A DNA stretch of 63,629 bases, filler included, from Olpidium bornovanus S191 (lineage: Eukaryota > Fungi > Olpidiomycota), in NCBI GenBank assembly GCA_017911155.1. It is 31 parts of 31 records of this genome, joined end to end, with 100 filler letters (N's around TTAATTAATTAA, not from the genome) between each part and the next. Parts side by side here need not be neighbours in the genome. Positions count along the whole stretch, not along the records: positions 12,418 to 15,112 come from JAEFCI010011022.1; positions 15,213 to 19,327 come from JAEFCI010007755.1; positions 19,428 to 22,983 come from JAEFCI010008340.1; positions 23,084 to 24,768 come from JAEFCI010008263.1; 27 more parts are not named here. The stretch is one strand, 5' to 3'. How positions within the stretch are numbered: position 1 is the first letter of the stretch; every line of letters starts with the position of its first letter. Below the pieces are notes generated by a model that made no database searches, was not told the origin of the DNA, and was given only the letters and a program-made list of their open reading frames with translations. Shown here one piece after another: positions 12,496 to 23,254 of the stretch. A program made the translations under genes and the position numbers.

Positions 12496-14771
12496 CGCCA
12501 AAAAAAAACAAACCGGGAATTTACCAGCTCGTGGCTCAAGGACGCCGGCGGCCACACAAAGGTTGAGCGCTTCGAGCGCGATCGCCCGTCCGACCTTTGA
12601 CAGGCAGATGTACTGCAAAGACGACACCAAAAGGGGCACGAGCTGGTCGCCGTGTTCCGCAGCTTTGCTCACGCAGATATCTCTAAAAAAAAAAAAAAAA
12701 AAAAAAAACGTCGACGAAAATGTTACAGCGGTGTCAGAGACGCGCCCGACTCATAAGCTGGCCGACGTTTAACTTCCGATAACGGACCCGGCGATGCCGC
12801 ACCTCATGGCCGTGACCGCAGCGATCTCGGCCGCCACGCCGCTCTTACCGAGGGGCGAAAGCTTCCTGCGCTCGTGTCCCGAGTCCCGCGCTTTTCGTTG
12901 TCGGACCCAACCGGTGAGGCATTCCCGGAGCGCAGGCCAGGCGCGCGGCTGCAACTTCCATATGCCCACCAGCGCCCTGGTGCCTGCGGACGCGAGGCCG
13001 GCGGCAGGCTTTTTCGTCAGCTCGACGGCGATGGGGACCACCCTGCTGCCCGAAAACGCGTCGGCCGCCCCGACGGCCGGCAGCCCTTTTGTCAACACCG
13101 CGAGCCTGATCGCCGGAGCAGCGTCGCGGCGCAGCACCCGAAGGAGGACGGGGAGGACCCTCATGGCCTCCTGGTCCGGATCTCCCAAGTGTCCGAAAAG
13201 CGCCGTCAGCGCGCGCGTTCTCGTTGACTCCACCGTGTCCAGGAGGAGGGCGGAATTAAATAGTTGCCGCCACGATGGAGACAGTCGGGATAGCGCGTCC
13301 GGCACTTGAGTGATATCTTCGTCTCTGAGGCGAACGATGTGCGCTGCGGTTGTTGCTAACGATGACAGGGTTCCCGGTGTGCCGTTTGGCTGACCCTGTT
13401 ACCAAACCCGGAAAAAAAAAAAAGGCACAAAACGCCCGCGCAATTAGAAAACGCCTGCCGTTTGGCCGCAGGCGAGCGTATCCACGCCGCGAATCATCGA
13501 GGCTAGTTTACCGCGCAAGCAGCCGGTTTCGACGCGGCCTCCTCAATTGCCACTAGAGTTTCGGCAACGACCTCGTCCCTGAGCTCCGGCAACGCGCTCA
13601 GTACCGGCAGGTACGCCAGCGCCGCATAATATCCGGTCACGCCGGATTGCCGCACGACTTGCCCGAGCAGCCCGGTGATTATCCGGGACTCGCCCGCGGA
13701 GCATGACGTCCAAAGCAGGAAGGACAAGCCGACGACCGCCGTTTCGGCCGCGCCGTTCGGGATGCCCGCGGGCTTCGCGGCGTCCTGCGCGCCGTCCTGC
13801 GCGCCGCCCGCGCCCCACGCGCGGTGCAGCTCGGCGAGCAGTTCTAAACATCGCGACAGGACGCCGCCTTGGGCGCGGACGTCGCACGCGACGCTCAGGA
13901 CGTCCGTGAACAAAACCGGGGCGTACGCCAGCAACGGCGAACCGGGCGACCGGCTGTCCACCACGGCGCGGACAAGGCTGTCCGCAGTGAGGTACGTCCA
14001 CCGCTCCCCGACGCCGCCGGACGTCAACGGCGCCTTGCGCAGGGCGCTCCAGGCGGACTCAAACAGGTATTTGGCCGTGGCGTGGTCTCCCGTCGAGTCC
14101 CGTTTCCGGGCCTGGTGGAGCAGCGCGTGGACCAACTCCCTGAGCCAGAGGAAAGTCGCGTCGACAGAAACGAGCGGGTTCTCCGGAGTGGGGAGCAAGA
14201 CGCTCCCGATGAACGGCTCGAGCATAACCCGCACGGCCGCCGCGTCCGGTGCTGCGGCAAGCAGCCGCTTGACCTCGGAAATGAGGGGCGTCCAGGCGCC
14301 CTCCTGCGCTGCGGCAACGAAGAACGGGTGGGGCCTCGCCGAACGCGGACCGCCGAACGGCGGCGGCTCGTGGAGAGCCTCGCTCAGGCCGGAAGCGCGC
14401 GCGGCGGCCAGGGCCTCCAGCAGCCGGCCGACAGCGTTCACGGCCAGCTCCAGCCGGGCGGCGTCCGTCGCGGCGCGGAGCAGCCCGGCCAGATCGGTGG
14501 CGGCGTCGTCCCAACCGTATCCCTGCTGCTGCGCCGCCGGAACGGCCCGCGCGCGCGGCGCGAACACCCGAGGCAACCCCTCCGCGCAGGCCGAGGCGAC
14601 CAGCGGGCTTCCCGAGGCGATCGACTCGGCCAGGAGCGACCGCAGCGGGGGGCGGTCGCCCGGCGGCGACGCGGCCAGCGACGCGAGCAGCTTCCCGGCG
14701 GCTGCCAGGCACGTTGCGCGGTGCCTGGACCGCAGCCTGCGGCCGAGGTCCGCCACGTCGACGGCCGGCAT
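12418..14771 (-). CDS. FOCAD: Focadhesin / RST1 / DUF3730 ARM-repeat protein, 5' part
   Basis: Helical ARM-like exons (ORFs 13503-15089, 12769-13305, 12427-12672) with LVGIWKLQPRAWPALRECL, EIAAVTAMR, EHGDQLVPLL and ALEALNLCVAAGVLEPRA, matching focadhesin DUF3730 motifs. Confidence 0.7.
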
Positions 14772-16840
14772 GGCGAGCGACGGGAGCGGGGCCAGTGCCC
14801 GCAGCAGAGCGTCTGTGTTGCGGGGCGGAGGTGGCGTTTGGCCGGCGTTGTCTGTCTGCGTGCGCGCGCGCGCTTTTTCACCGTTGCTGCGCTCCGCTTG
14901 TCCCTTCCCCCCCTTCCTCCCCCCCGCCGAACCCGCCACCCCGCGCGGGGAAGTCCCGTTTGCGAACAACCAACCCTCCCGTTCCAGGGCAGCGCTTCGT
15001 CTGGAATTCGGAACGCCGCCCGCAATGTGCAAACCACCAAACAAAAAAAAAAAAAAAAAAAAAAAAAAACCCGCGACACACCCCGGCACGCCCCGGGGGC
15101 CCCCGGCGGCGCNNNNNNNNNNNNNNNNNNNNNNNNNNNNNNNNNNNNNNNNNNNNTTAATTAATTAANNNNNNNNNNNNNNNNNNNNNNNNNNNNNNNN
15201 NNNNNNNNNNNNCATGACGCACAGACTGACATCTTGCTGCCAGCACCGATAGGTACTAGTTTTTCCTTTCGTTCGCTCGCTTCACCTAACTGTGGAAATC
15301 TTGTTGCCAGATACGTTCGATTTAACGCATTTCCTGGCTCCACCGCAGAATCCCCGCGGAGTAATGACGCTGGCATCGACCAGTTCCAGCAGCTGGTGGA
15401 CACAGTCCTGCACTTGGAAAAGGGTCCGTAGAGAGAGCTCGGAGCCAGGTATCAGTTGAAGAACATTTACCGTTATGACTTGAACGGCGGCGCCGTTTCG
15501 CACGCTTTCGAGTTTGCGCATCCCCAGCTGGCGCCGACGTTTTTGCGACATCCGGTCGACTCCGGCGTAGAATTTTCGAGGAAATCTCCGGGAAGGGCAC
15601 CAAGCTTGCTCGTCCACGGTATTTCCGTTTTCTCGACAAATGGCATTTCAAGCGAAGCTCCGCAGTTGTCTCCCCTCTTTTCCACGGGCCATCCGCCGTC
15701 CATGTATTTGGGCGAGGCTCGAAGCAAACCCATCTTGACTTCTCCCATTTTGTGCTGCGGCTGATTTCGGAGTCCACGAAACGTTTGAATCATAAGCATA
15801 CTGCACACGGGAAAAAGGCGGACGGGATAAAGGCGGACCCGCGTCCTTCCACGGGCCAGAGGTTGCGGCGTGGAGCTTGGCGAACATATTTGGGGATCAT
15901 GGGAAGGGGTAGCAGATCCTTCCGATAGGTGGAGGAGTCCTCCCCCTACCCCCTTGTCCAACCTGTTGCTGATCGACGTGTGTGTGTGTGGGGGGATTTC
16001 ACAGGCTTCGGCAGCGTGCAAGCGGTCTAACGTTGCCTGGAGATGATGAAAATGCTCTTCATGCGCTTTGGAAAAAGCGCGAATATCATCAAGATATGCA
16101 CGGACACCACCGGCATGGGCGCATTACACGGCTGGTGTACGGAAAAAACGCACAGTGGTTATTTTCGGGAAAAGCTTGTGGAGGCGTTTACTTGTGCAAA
16201 CCCGCGGATTCGCTTTTCTTCAGAGGCGCAACGGACCTTGCTTTCCGAACGGAAGCGAACGAAGAAAATAAAAAAGGATGTTCGATCAGGGGCGCCCTCG
16301 TCGTCGTCGTCCTCGTCCGCGAGTACGTCGCCGACGATGCCGCCAGTTCTGTGCGGTCTCTCTGACTCAGTCAGGCGGCCGTGAAAGACCCAGCAAAGAC
16401 AACAACCCCCTTTCTTCCCCTCCAAAAAAAAAAAAAAAAAAAGGAGCCCGCAACACCCCACCCGCCCCGCACCCCCTTTTCCCTGTCCCGGCGGCACGTT
16501 GCGCGGTCCCACGCCGCCCGCCCCGTTGCCCTCGCGTCCGTCGCATACGCTTGATGTGCTGCCCCGGCCCTGCGTCGTCCACGGAAAAATCATGGTGCGC
16601 TTTTTGAGAACACGCGGCCCTCCTTCTTCTCCCCTCCTTCCCGTCGTGTAGGCCGGCCGCGCTTCCTGTTGATCCTGCCGCGTCTTTTCTGATCCCGCCG
16701 CGCCCGTCGTTCCTTCTTTCTACAGTCGAGCAAGATCTTTGCGGGCTTGGAGAGCGTAAGCGTCGTTTGACTGGAAACTTTAATGCCGGCGTTTTTTCCG
16801 ACGTGCGGTCAACTCACGAGGTCTCCCGGGGGGTGGGGGG

Positions 16841-19327
16841 GTGGGGAATGGCGGTGGAAACCCGTACTTCCAGTCGGCCCGCGAGGCGATATTTCGCAAC
16901 GACTCGGACCCACCGACCCGTTCGCAGCAGCTTTCTTCCAACAGCTTCGGCACCGAATGGCCCGGGCTTTTGGGCCACTTTAACAATTATCTCCAGCCCA
17001 ATTCACCGAAGCTAGGCGACCGCATGAACGCGAAGTGCTTGACCGGAGACATTTCTCCATCGTTTTTTGCCCTCGACTGCCCGGATTCCCGCAAGGACCC
17101 GGTTACCGCCGCCGCCGGGGATGAGCACGGCAGCCGGGATGGGACTGTCGGGTTTCCCTTATTCTGCACGGAATCGTACGGCCCAAATAAGGTACCCAGC
17201 GTGGCCTTCTTTGACGTCGGCTGGGTTCCGTTCCGTCAATTCATTTACATTACCGTTGACAGACAGACCAGTTTTCCGGCGCTTTCGAGATGCCGGAACC
17301 GGGGGAAGGATTGAAGCGAGCTACTATGGTCAATACGGATTTGCTGCTGGGGGTCGATGCCGAAGCGCCCAAACCCATCCCAGGAACTTTTCATGGCGGC
17401 GCCTCGGACAGGCCAACGGTGCGTCGCCGTTTGTCGCAATGCCACCAGGATCCGTGCATGATCGCAAAGAAAACAAGCTTCACAGAACAAGAGGGAAAAC
17501 GAGTTTGAAAGGCGAGGAAAAGAAACATTGATGCATCGCTCGGTTTGCCGGTTGCAGGTTACCTCTATTGCGGGACAGAAGTCGGACTGTGCGCGAACCT
17601 CCATCCGCATGAATGGTTCAAGTCATGTAGATGTCGCTAACAAGGAAAACATTCAACCGGGTAGTGTCTCGAACTTCCGTTATGGTACCGCGTCCGGGGA
17701 TCGCATCAGGTAAGAATCGGTCATGATATGTTGTTTTAATTTTTTTCCTGCCATGAATCTCATCACAGCATGTTCAGCGCCCGCAAGCCCACCGGACGGC
17801 TGGCCTGGGGACCACCAGAACGAATTCCAGTCTCCGAAGATGGCGTCGGAGCGTCATCACCGGATGTATTGGGAACCGATGGCAAACAGCTTTCAGGTAC
17901 GTATGTGTGTGCTTTGAATTGTTGCCTCTCTATACTACAAATATCTCGCTGCCATAGTTACAATTAGCGGAATTGGATCCGAATAACCCTCCATCTACTG
18001 ATTTTGGCTCCACTAGGCGAAATTGTCAAAGTGGCGGTGAGCAAGGCGCCGCTTGCTGTGACGTTGTCAACGCTAGGCAACGACCCTGACACGCCGCCGT
18101 CTCGGAATCTCAATCCCGAACTGTAGTCGCGAGGCGAAAAAGAGAGTCCGTCGGACAGAGGCGAGCCGCACATTTCGAGAGCTACCATCTTCGCACGCAC
18201 GGACATTGATGGGATTCGTGGGCTCGGAGTCTCCAACTCTGTGACTTCCTTTTCGACCTCCGCGGCGGTACGATCGCCACCTCCAGACACGCTTCCTAAA
18301 ACGGGCAACTCGAGTTTATCGGTTTTAGGAGCGCAGATCGCACCAAGCAGTGCGTGCGAGGCGGATAAATCCGCACGCTTGTATGTGCCGCATCGCCGAC
18401 CGATGATGCCGACTGAGGAATCGAGGCCGAAGACATCACAAGCTGACAAGGAGATTGGATGGGAAGGCAGAGCTGGAACCGGACGCTCGATGTCGCTCTC
18501 CGGACGGTTAGGAGCAGAGCGTGCATCGGCGGTTGCCGTCACTGAAGCAACTGGTCCTGGTGCAGAGTCGCTGAAATCTGGCGGGGCCGCGAAAGTGGCT
18601 GCATACGCGGGCCCCGGTCCCGCACAACTTGGTTCTCTCTCGAAAGCAAGACCAGCCGAGCATCGTCTCAGTACCACCGCGCAGTATGTCGCACCTCCAT
18701 TAGCCTCGCATCAGTTCAGTTCTGCCGCTCCGCGTCTTGTGTCTCCTCCAGTCGTGCAGCCCTCCCGACCAGAGCCAGCAAAGCCTCCTCCGCCCGTTCC
18801 TCCTCCTACAGTATGTCCGACACCGGAAAGTTGTGGCGGCGTTGCGAAACAGCCCGTGCCCGCATATCTTGGTGCTCTCTCGAATGCAGGACCAGCTGCG
18901 AATCGGTTCAGTACCAACGTTCAGTATGTCGCACCTACACCAACCTCGCGTCTGCTCAGTCCCCCCGCTCCGCATCTCGTATCTCTTCCAGCCGTGCAGT
19001 CCTCCCAACCAGAGCCAGCAGTGCCTCCTCCGTCTGTGCGTCCTCCTGCAGTACCTTCGCCGCCGGAAATTTGCGCCGGTGTTGCGACGCAGCTTGTGCC
19101 CGCACATCCTGGTGCTATCTCGAAAGCAGCGCCAGCCGTGCATCGGTTCGGTACCACCACTCCTTATGTCACACCAGCCTCACGGCAGTTCAGTTCTGCG
19201 GCTAAGCATGTCACACCGCCGACAGCCGTGCAACCCTGCCAACTAGAGCCAGCAATACCTACTCCGCCACCGCCAGCGCCTCCTCCGCCAGTACCTCCGC
19301 CGTCGGAAGTTTGCGCCGCCGTCGCAA
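16841..19327 (+). CDS. Hypothetical multi-exon Pro/Ser-rich protein with 80-aa tandem repeats, 3' open
   Basis: GT-AG bounded exons at about 17560-17709, 17768-17896, 18017-18036 and 18127-19327. Upstream exons (16841-17500) uncertain. Low-complexity product. Confidence 0.45.
18619..19327 (+). repeat. Coding tandem repeat, 240-nt (80-aa) unit, about 3 copies
   Basis: Units start CCCGCA at 18619, 18859 and 19099, exactly 240 nt apart, and share PA..G..S.A.PA..R..T...YV.P...Q.EPA.P.P...P...E.C..VA. Confidence 0.9.
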
Positions 19328-19433
19328 NNNNNNNNNNNNNNNNNNNNNNNNNNNNNNNNNNNNNNNNNNNNTTAATTAATTAANNNNNNNNNNNNNNNNN
19401 NNNNNNNNNNNNNNNNNNNNNNNNNNNCAACCA

Positions 19434-19486
<53 letters not shown>

Positions 19487-19750
19487 AACCACCCCCCCCC
19501 CCCCCCCCCCCCCCTTGGGAAAAAAAAAAAAAAAAAAAAAAAAAACACAAAAAACGTCACATCCCCCGCACTCCCCTCCCTCCCGTTTCCAGCTTTCCCC
19601 CCGCTTCCCTCCCCCTTCCCCCCTTCCCCCTAGCGCTCCGTAGATTTCTTCCCCCCGCAACGGCGCCCCCCTCCGGTCCGCGATCGAAGATCCATCAGGG
19701 TCAACCACACTCCCCTCCCCACACAAACAGCCCACCCGACGACGGAGCAG

Positions 19751-21847
19751 TTGAAGGAAAGACTTCCCCCGCGGATGCTTTCGAGACCGAAGCGCCGGAG
19801 CGCCGGACCGTCGCCGTCGCCGCCGCCGCCGCGCGCGGCCGGCCCCGTCGGCGGCAGAGGGGGAAGAGGCGGGGCCCAGAGCCGGAACTCGGCGCCGCCG
19901 GCGTTACAGGCGCAGCGTTCCGACGCCCGCGGGCCGCGGAAGCAGGAATTCGGCGCCTGCGGGTGCTGGTGCTGCGCGGACGGGCGAAACCGCGCCGCCG
20001 CCGAGGACGCCGTCGCCGCGCGGCGCCCGCGGCCGGCCGCGCAGCCCGTCTACCGCGGGAGGGTCGCGTGCCTGGACTCGAGGCAGCGGTGGAAGCGCCG
20101 CGAGCTGCGGTGCGACGGCCGGCTGCTGGTCGCGCTGCGGTCGCAGCGCGTGGCGTTCCCGGGCGGTTCCGCGCCGCCCGTGAGGTACCTCGGCCGGCGG
20201 CCGCCCGCCGACATCCGCTCGTTCGATCCCGCCCTGGCCCGCCGGCTCGCCCGGTCCGCACCGGAGTGGCGGTGCTCGCTCGACGGCCTGGCGTCGGTGG
20301 TCGACGCGGGGCGTCCGGGCGAACCGCAGCGCCCGCCGCTGGGCGTGCCGCCGGTCACCCACCCGCTGTTCGCCACCCCCGTCGAAGACGTCGTCCTGCC
20401 GGACGGCGGGCTCGCCGTGCGCTACTTCCAGGACGCGAGCTGGGCGCTGCCGGTCTCCAGCATCACGGCCGTGACCCGGCTGGCCCGGTTCAGCGGCGAG
20501 AGGATCTGCGGCGCGTTCGCGGTGCACACGGGCGGCGCCCGGAAGCACGTGTTCCGCGCCGCGGACGACGCGGAAGCCGCGCTGTGGATCGGCCTCCTGA
20601 TCATGGCCAAAGCGGCGGTCGCGGAGGAGGGAGCCGCGCCTCCCGACGGCAGCCCGGCGTTCTCGGCAAGCCGGACGCCCGTTCCGCGCGGTTTCCCAAA
20701 ACTGCGTTTCGGGGGGGAGCAGAGCAGCAGGAGCTCGAGACACTCTTTCCCCTGCTGCCACTGCAGATGCGCAGGATACGGCCGGCAACGGCGCGAGTGC
20801 CGGCGTCGGGAGCTGGCGACACCCCCGCGGACGGACAGCCTGCTGCACAGCAGCGCGTTCGAATGGCCGGACCCCGCGCCGGCCGACCAATCGGAGGCGC
20901 GTAGCCTCGGCATCCGGTCGGCCCGTGCGTCGCGTTTCGGAGCCGAGCGCGCCGGGGCCGACGATCACCGCAGTTCGGCCCCGCCTGCGCTGCGGACGGA
21001 CTGGCCGTTTCCGGAAAGTCTGACCGAGCGGCTGTTTCCGGAAAGTCATGGCGAACCGCTCGCGCCTGCCGCCGAAGAAGAGTTCTTGCCGCCGCCCCCG
21101 CGGCCGCACCCCGTCCCCGCCCTGCACCTGGGGTCGCTCCTGGCCGGCTCGCCGCGGCGCACGGCCACCGTGACGACCGTGCGCCGGCCGGCGGAGCACG
21201 AGGCTCTGCTGCAGCTCCTTCCCCTGACCGACCCGCCCGACGGCGCCGACCAATACGCGGGCGCCGGCTTTCCGGCCGAGGCGGCGGCGTCGGCCTCCTC
21301 CGGCTCGCCGCCGCCTCCGGGAGACGGCCTTCCAGGCCCGCCCGAACTCGTCGCCGTCGACGTCGTCCGCCGGGAGATCGTTTCCCGCGCCAAGTACCTT
21401 CTCAGGGAGATCCGCTGCGCCTCCGGTTTCATCCCCGTCCCGTCGGCGTCCACGGGCCCGGCGCTCCCGGACGACGGCGACGACGGCGACCCCCGCCGCC
21501 GCTGCGCCGTCGGCGCGCTGTCCCGCCGCCAGCGCGATCCCGCCGCGGCCGTGCGGGTTTCGCGGATCCCGGTCGTCGTCGCGCTCGAGCACCTCGAGGA
21601 CGTCGTCCACGGCTTCCTCCTCTCCGGCGACTTCGGGGCGGCGGCCGCCGCGGCGTCGGCGAACCGGGGGGACGCCGCCGGTCGCCTAATCGCCGAGGCC
21701 ATGCGCCGCGCGCACGACGACGTCATGAAGATCGTCGGGGACGGGGGGAACCTCGCCGGCCGTCGCGTTTTCGAAACGGCCGTCGCTTCCGTCGAGCTCC
21801 TCGTGCTGCTGCTGCTGTCCGCCGACGGCCTGCCGGCGCTGAATTGA
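19751..21847 (+). CDS. Intronless PH-domain-containing protein
   Basis: 698-aa ORF with PH-like segments VYRGRVACLDSRQRWKRRELRCDGRLL and WALPVSSITAV...AFAVHTGGARKHVFRAADDAEAALWIGLL, plus a helical C-terminus. Start uncertain. Confidence 0.65.
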   Translation: MKERLPPRMLSRPKRRSAGPSPSPPPPRAAGPVGGRGGRGGAQSRNSAPPALQAQRSDARGPRKQEFGACGCWCCADGRNRAAAEDAVAARRPRPAAQPVYRGRVACLDSRQRWKRRELRCDGRLLVALRSQRVAFPGGSAPPVRYLGRRPPADIRSFDPALARRLARSAPEWRCSLDGLASVVDAGRPGEPQRPPLGVPPVTHPLFATPVEDVVLPDGGLAVRYFQDASWALPVSSITAVTRLARFSGERICGAFAVHTGGARKHVFRAADDAEAALWIGLLIMAKAAVAEEGAAPPDGSPAFSASRTPVPRGFPKLRFGGEQSSRSSRHSFPCCHCRCAGYGRQRRECRRRELATPPRTDSLLHSSAFEWPDPAPADQSEARSLGIRSARASRFGAERAGADDHRSSAPPALRTDWPFPESLTERLFPESHGEPLAPAAEEEFLPPPPRPHPVPALHLGSLLAGSPRRTATVTTVRRPAEHEALLQLLPLTDPPDGADQYAGAGFPAEAAASASSGSPPPPGDGLPGPPELVAVDVVRREIVSRAKYLLREIRCASGFIPVPSASTGPALPDDGDDGDPRRRCAVGALSRRQRDPAAAVRVSRIPVVVALEHLEDVVHGFLLSGDFGAAAAAASANRGDAAGRLIAEAMRRAHDDVMKIVGDGGNLAGRRVFETAVASVELLVLLLLSADGLPALN

Positions 21848-22000
21848 AAGCCGGGCGCGGCACGCACGCAGAGAGAATTTTCTCGTGCCTGTAGAATAGA
21901 ATATGCGGGAAATCTGAACTCCACGCCCTAGCCTGTAAACCGCTCCGCGCAAAAGTTTTTTGGGGGGCTCGAAAACGGCCCCGCGTGCGGACGGACGAAC

Positions 22001-22032
<32 letters not shown>

Positions 22033-22135
22033 CGGTGGGGGGGGGGGGGGGAAAGGAAGGGAAGGGCGAGAGGGGGTTGAGTTGACTCGTCCCTGACGAG
22101 AAAGCCCCTTGAGTCCCCTTTGATGACACCGAATA

Positions 22136-22983
22136 CAGTAGAACCTGTCTGAACAAATACTGCCGGGACCGGGGAAGTTTATTACTTTAGAGAGGTTATT
22201 TTTTTTTTAGGCAGGGAGCGTCTTTTTATTCTTTTTTTATTTTTGTAGCAACGGAGGGCTTGCAGGTCGAAAATCAAAACAAACCGCCCCCTTCCACCCC
22301 CTTCCACCTTTTTCCGCACACCACCAAAATGCCCAGGAGTGGAGCACGGCATACAAACAATGTCGGACAAGGTCCGCATCGCCCTCTTTGTGCGCACAAG
22401 AAAAAACACCCTTCCCTCACACAAAATGAACTCAAAGAGTGGCTGGTAACAGAACATAAAATTGCCGTTAGCCAGTCTGCCATCTCCAACACCCTAAAAC
22501 GTTCACATGAGTTGCTGGCAAAAGCCAACGATGTCAATCTTTCCGGCAAACGCCGTCCGCAGGGTGAAACACCCACAAATGGAGCAAGCTCTGGCGGAGT
22601 GGTTCATGGCAAGCCAGGATCGAGTCAAACATGAGCGGTGATCTGCTCAAGGAGAATGCAGCAACATTTTGGATCGCCTTTATCCGGACCACGACCCGTT
22701 CGAATTCTCAAACAGATGGCTTGAAGCTCTCAAGCTGCGACATGAAATCCGCTCTTTCCGCCGCTTTGGTGAGAGCGGGTCCGTCGACACCGCCTTTGTC
22801 GAGGAGCAGCGCCAAAAAATTAAGGATGTTATCGACAAGTTTGAGTGGCGCGACATCTACAACATGGATGAGACAGGATTATTCTACCGAATGCAGGTTG
22901 GTGGCGTTCCAATGGAACTTAAAATTTACTTGACGTTCATTCACCAAATCTTCTTTAGGCAGACATCTCTCTTGCGACCAAGC
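22136..22983 (+). mobile_element. Degenerate pogo/Tc5 (Tigger, CENP-B-like) DNA transposon, left end plus transposase 5' part
   Basis: TA at 22134-22135 followed by TIR-like CAGTAGAACC. Transposase from ATG 22329: HTH (HPSLTQNELKEWL...VSQSAISNTLK), VKHPQMEQALAEWF, FEFSNRWLEALKLRH, GESGSVD and DIYNMDETGLFYRMQ (first DDE aspartate). About 4-5 frameshifts; intron at 22897-22958. Confidence 0.9.
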
Positions 22984-23092
22984 NNNNNNNNNNNNNNNNN
23001 NNNNNNNNNNNNNNNNNNNNNNNNNNNTTAATTAATTAANNNNNNNNNNNNNNNNNNNNNNNNNNNNNNNNNNNNNNNNNNNNAGGGAGAAG

Positions 23093-23148
<56 letters not shown>

Positions 23149-23254
23149 AATCAGGCCCCGGTTGGCCCGCCCGATCAGGTCCGGTCCGAAAATATAGCGG
23201 GCCGGAACCTCCCGAGGTGCACAAAAAAAAAAAAAAACGGGGGTTCGGACGACA

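Noticed and set aside
13675-15168. Long plus-strand ORFs (497 and 431 aa) opposite focadhesin
   Set aside because: Shadow ORFs of a very GC-rich coding strand; Arg/Ala/Pro-rich with no motifs.
16043-16384. KLVEAFTCANPRIRFSS resembling a kinase C-lobe end
   Set aside because: No upstream HRD/DFG/APE motifs found; too short to call.
18124-18126. In-frame TAG between two open segments, suggesting readthrough
   Set aside because: Better explained as the acceptor of a 90-nt intron (GTGAGC at 18037 to CTGTAG at 18126).
19904-21610. 568-aa antisense ORF over the PH gene
   Set aside because: GC-rich shadow frame; the plus frame carries the recognisable domain.
22083-22110. Hairpin CTCGTC-CCT-GACGAG with CTGACGA-GAAA resembling a hammerhead core
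   Set aside because: No stem II between CUGANGA and GAAA and no consistent stems I and III.
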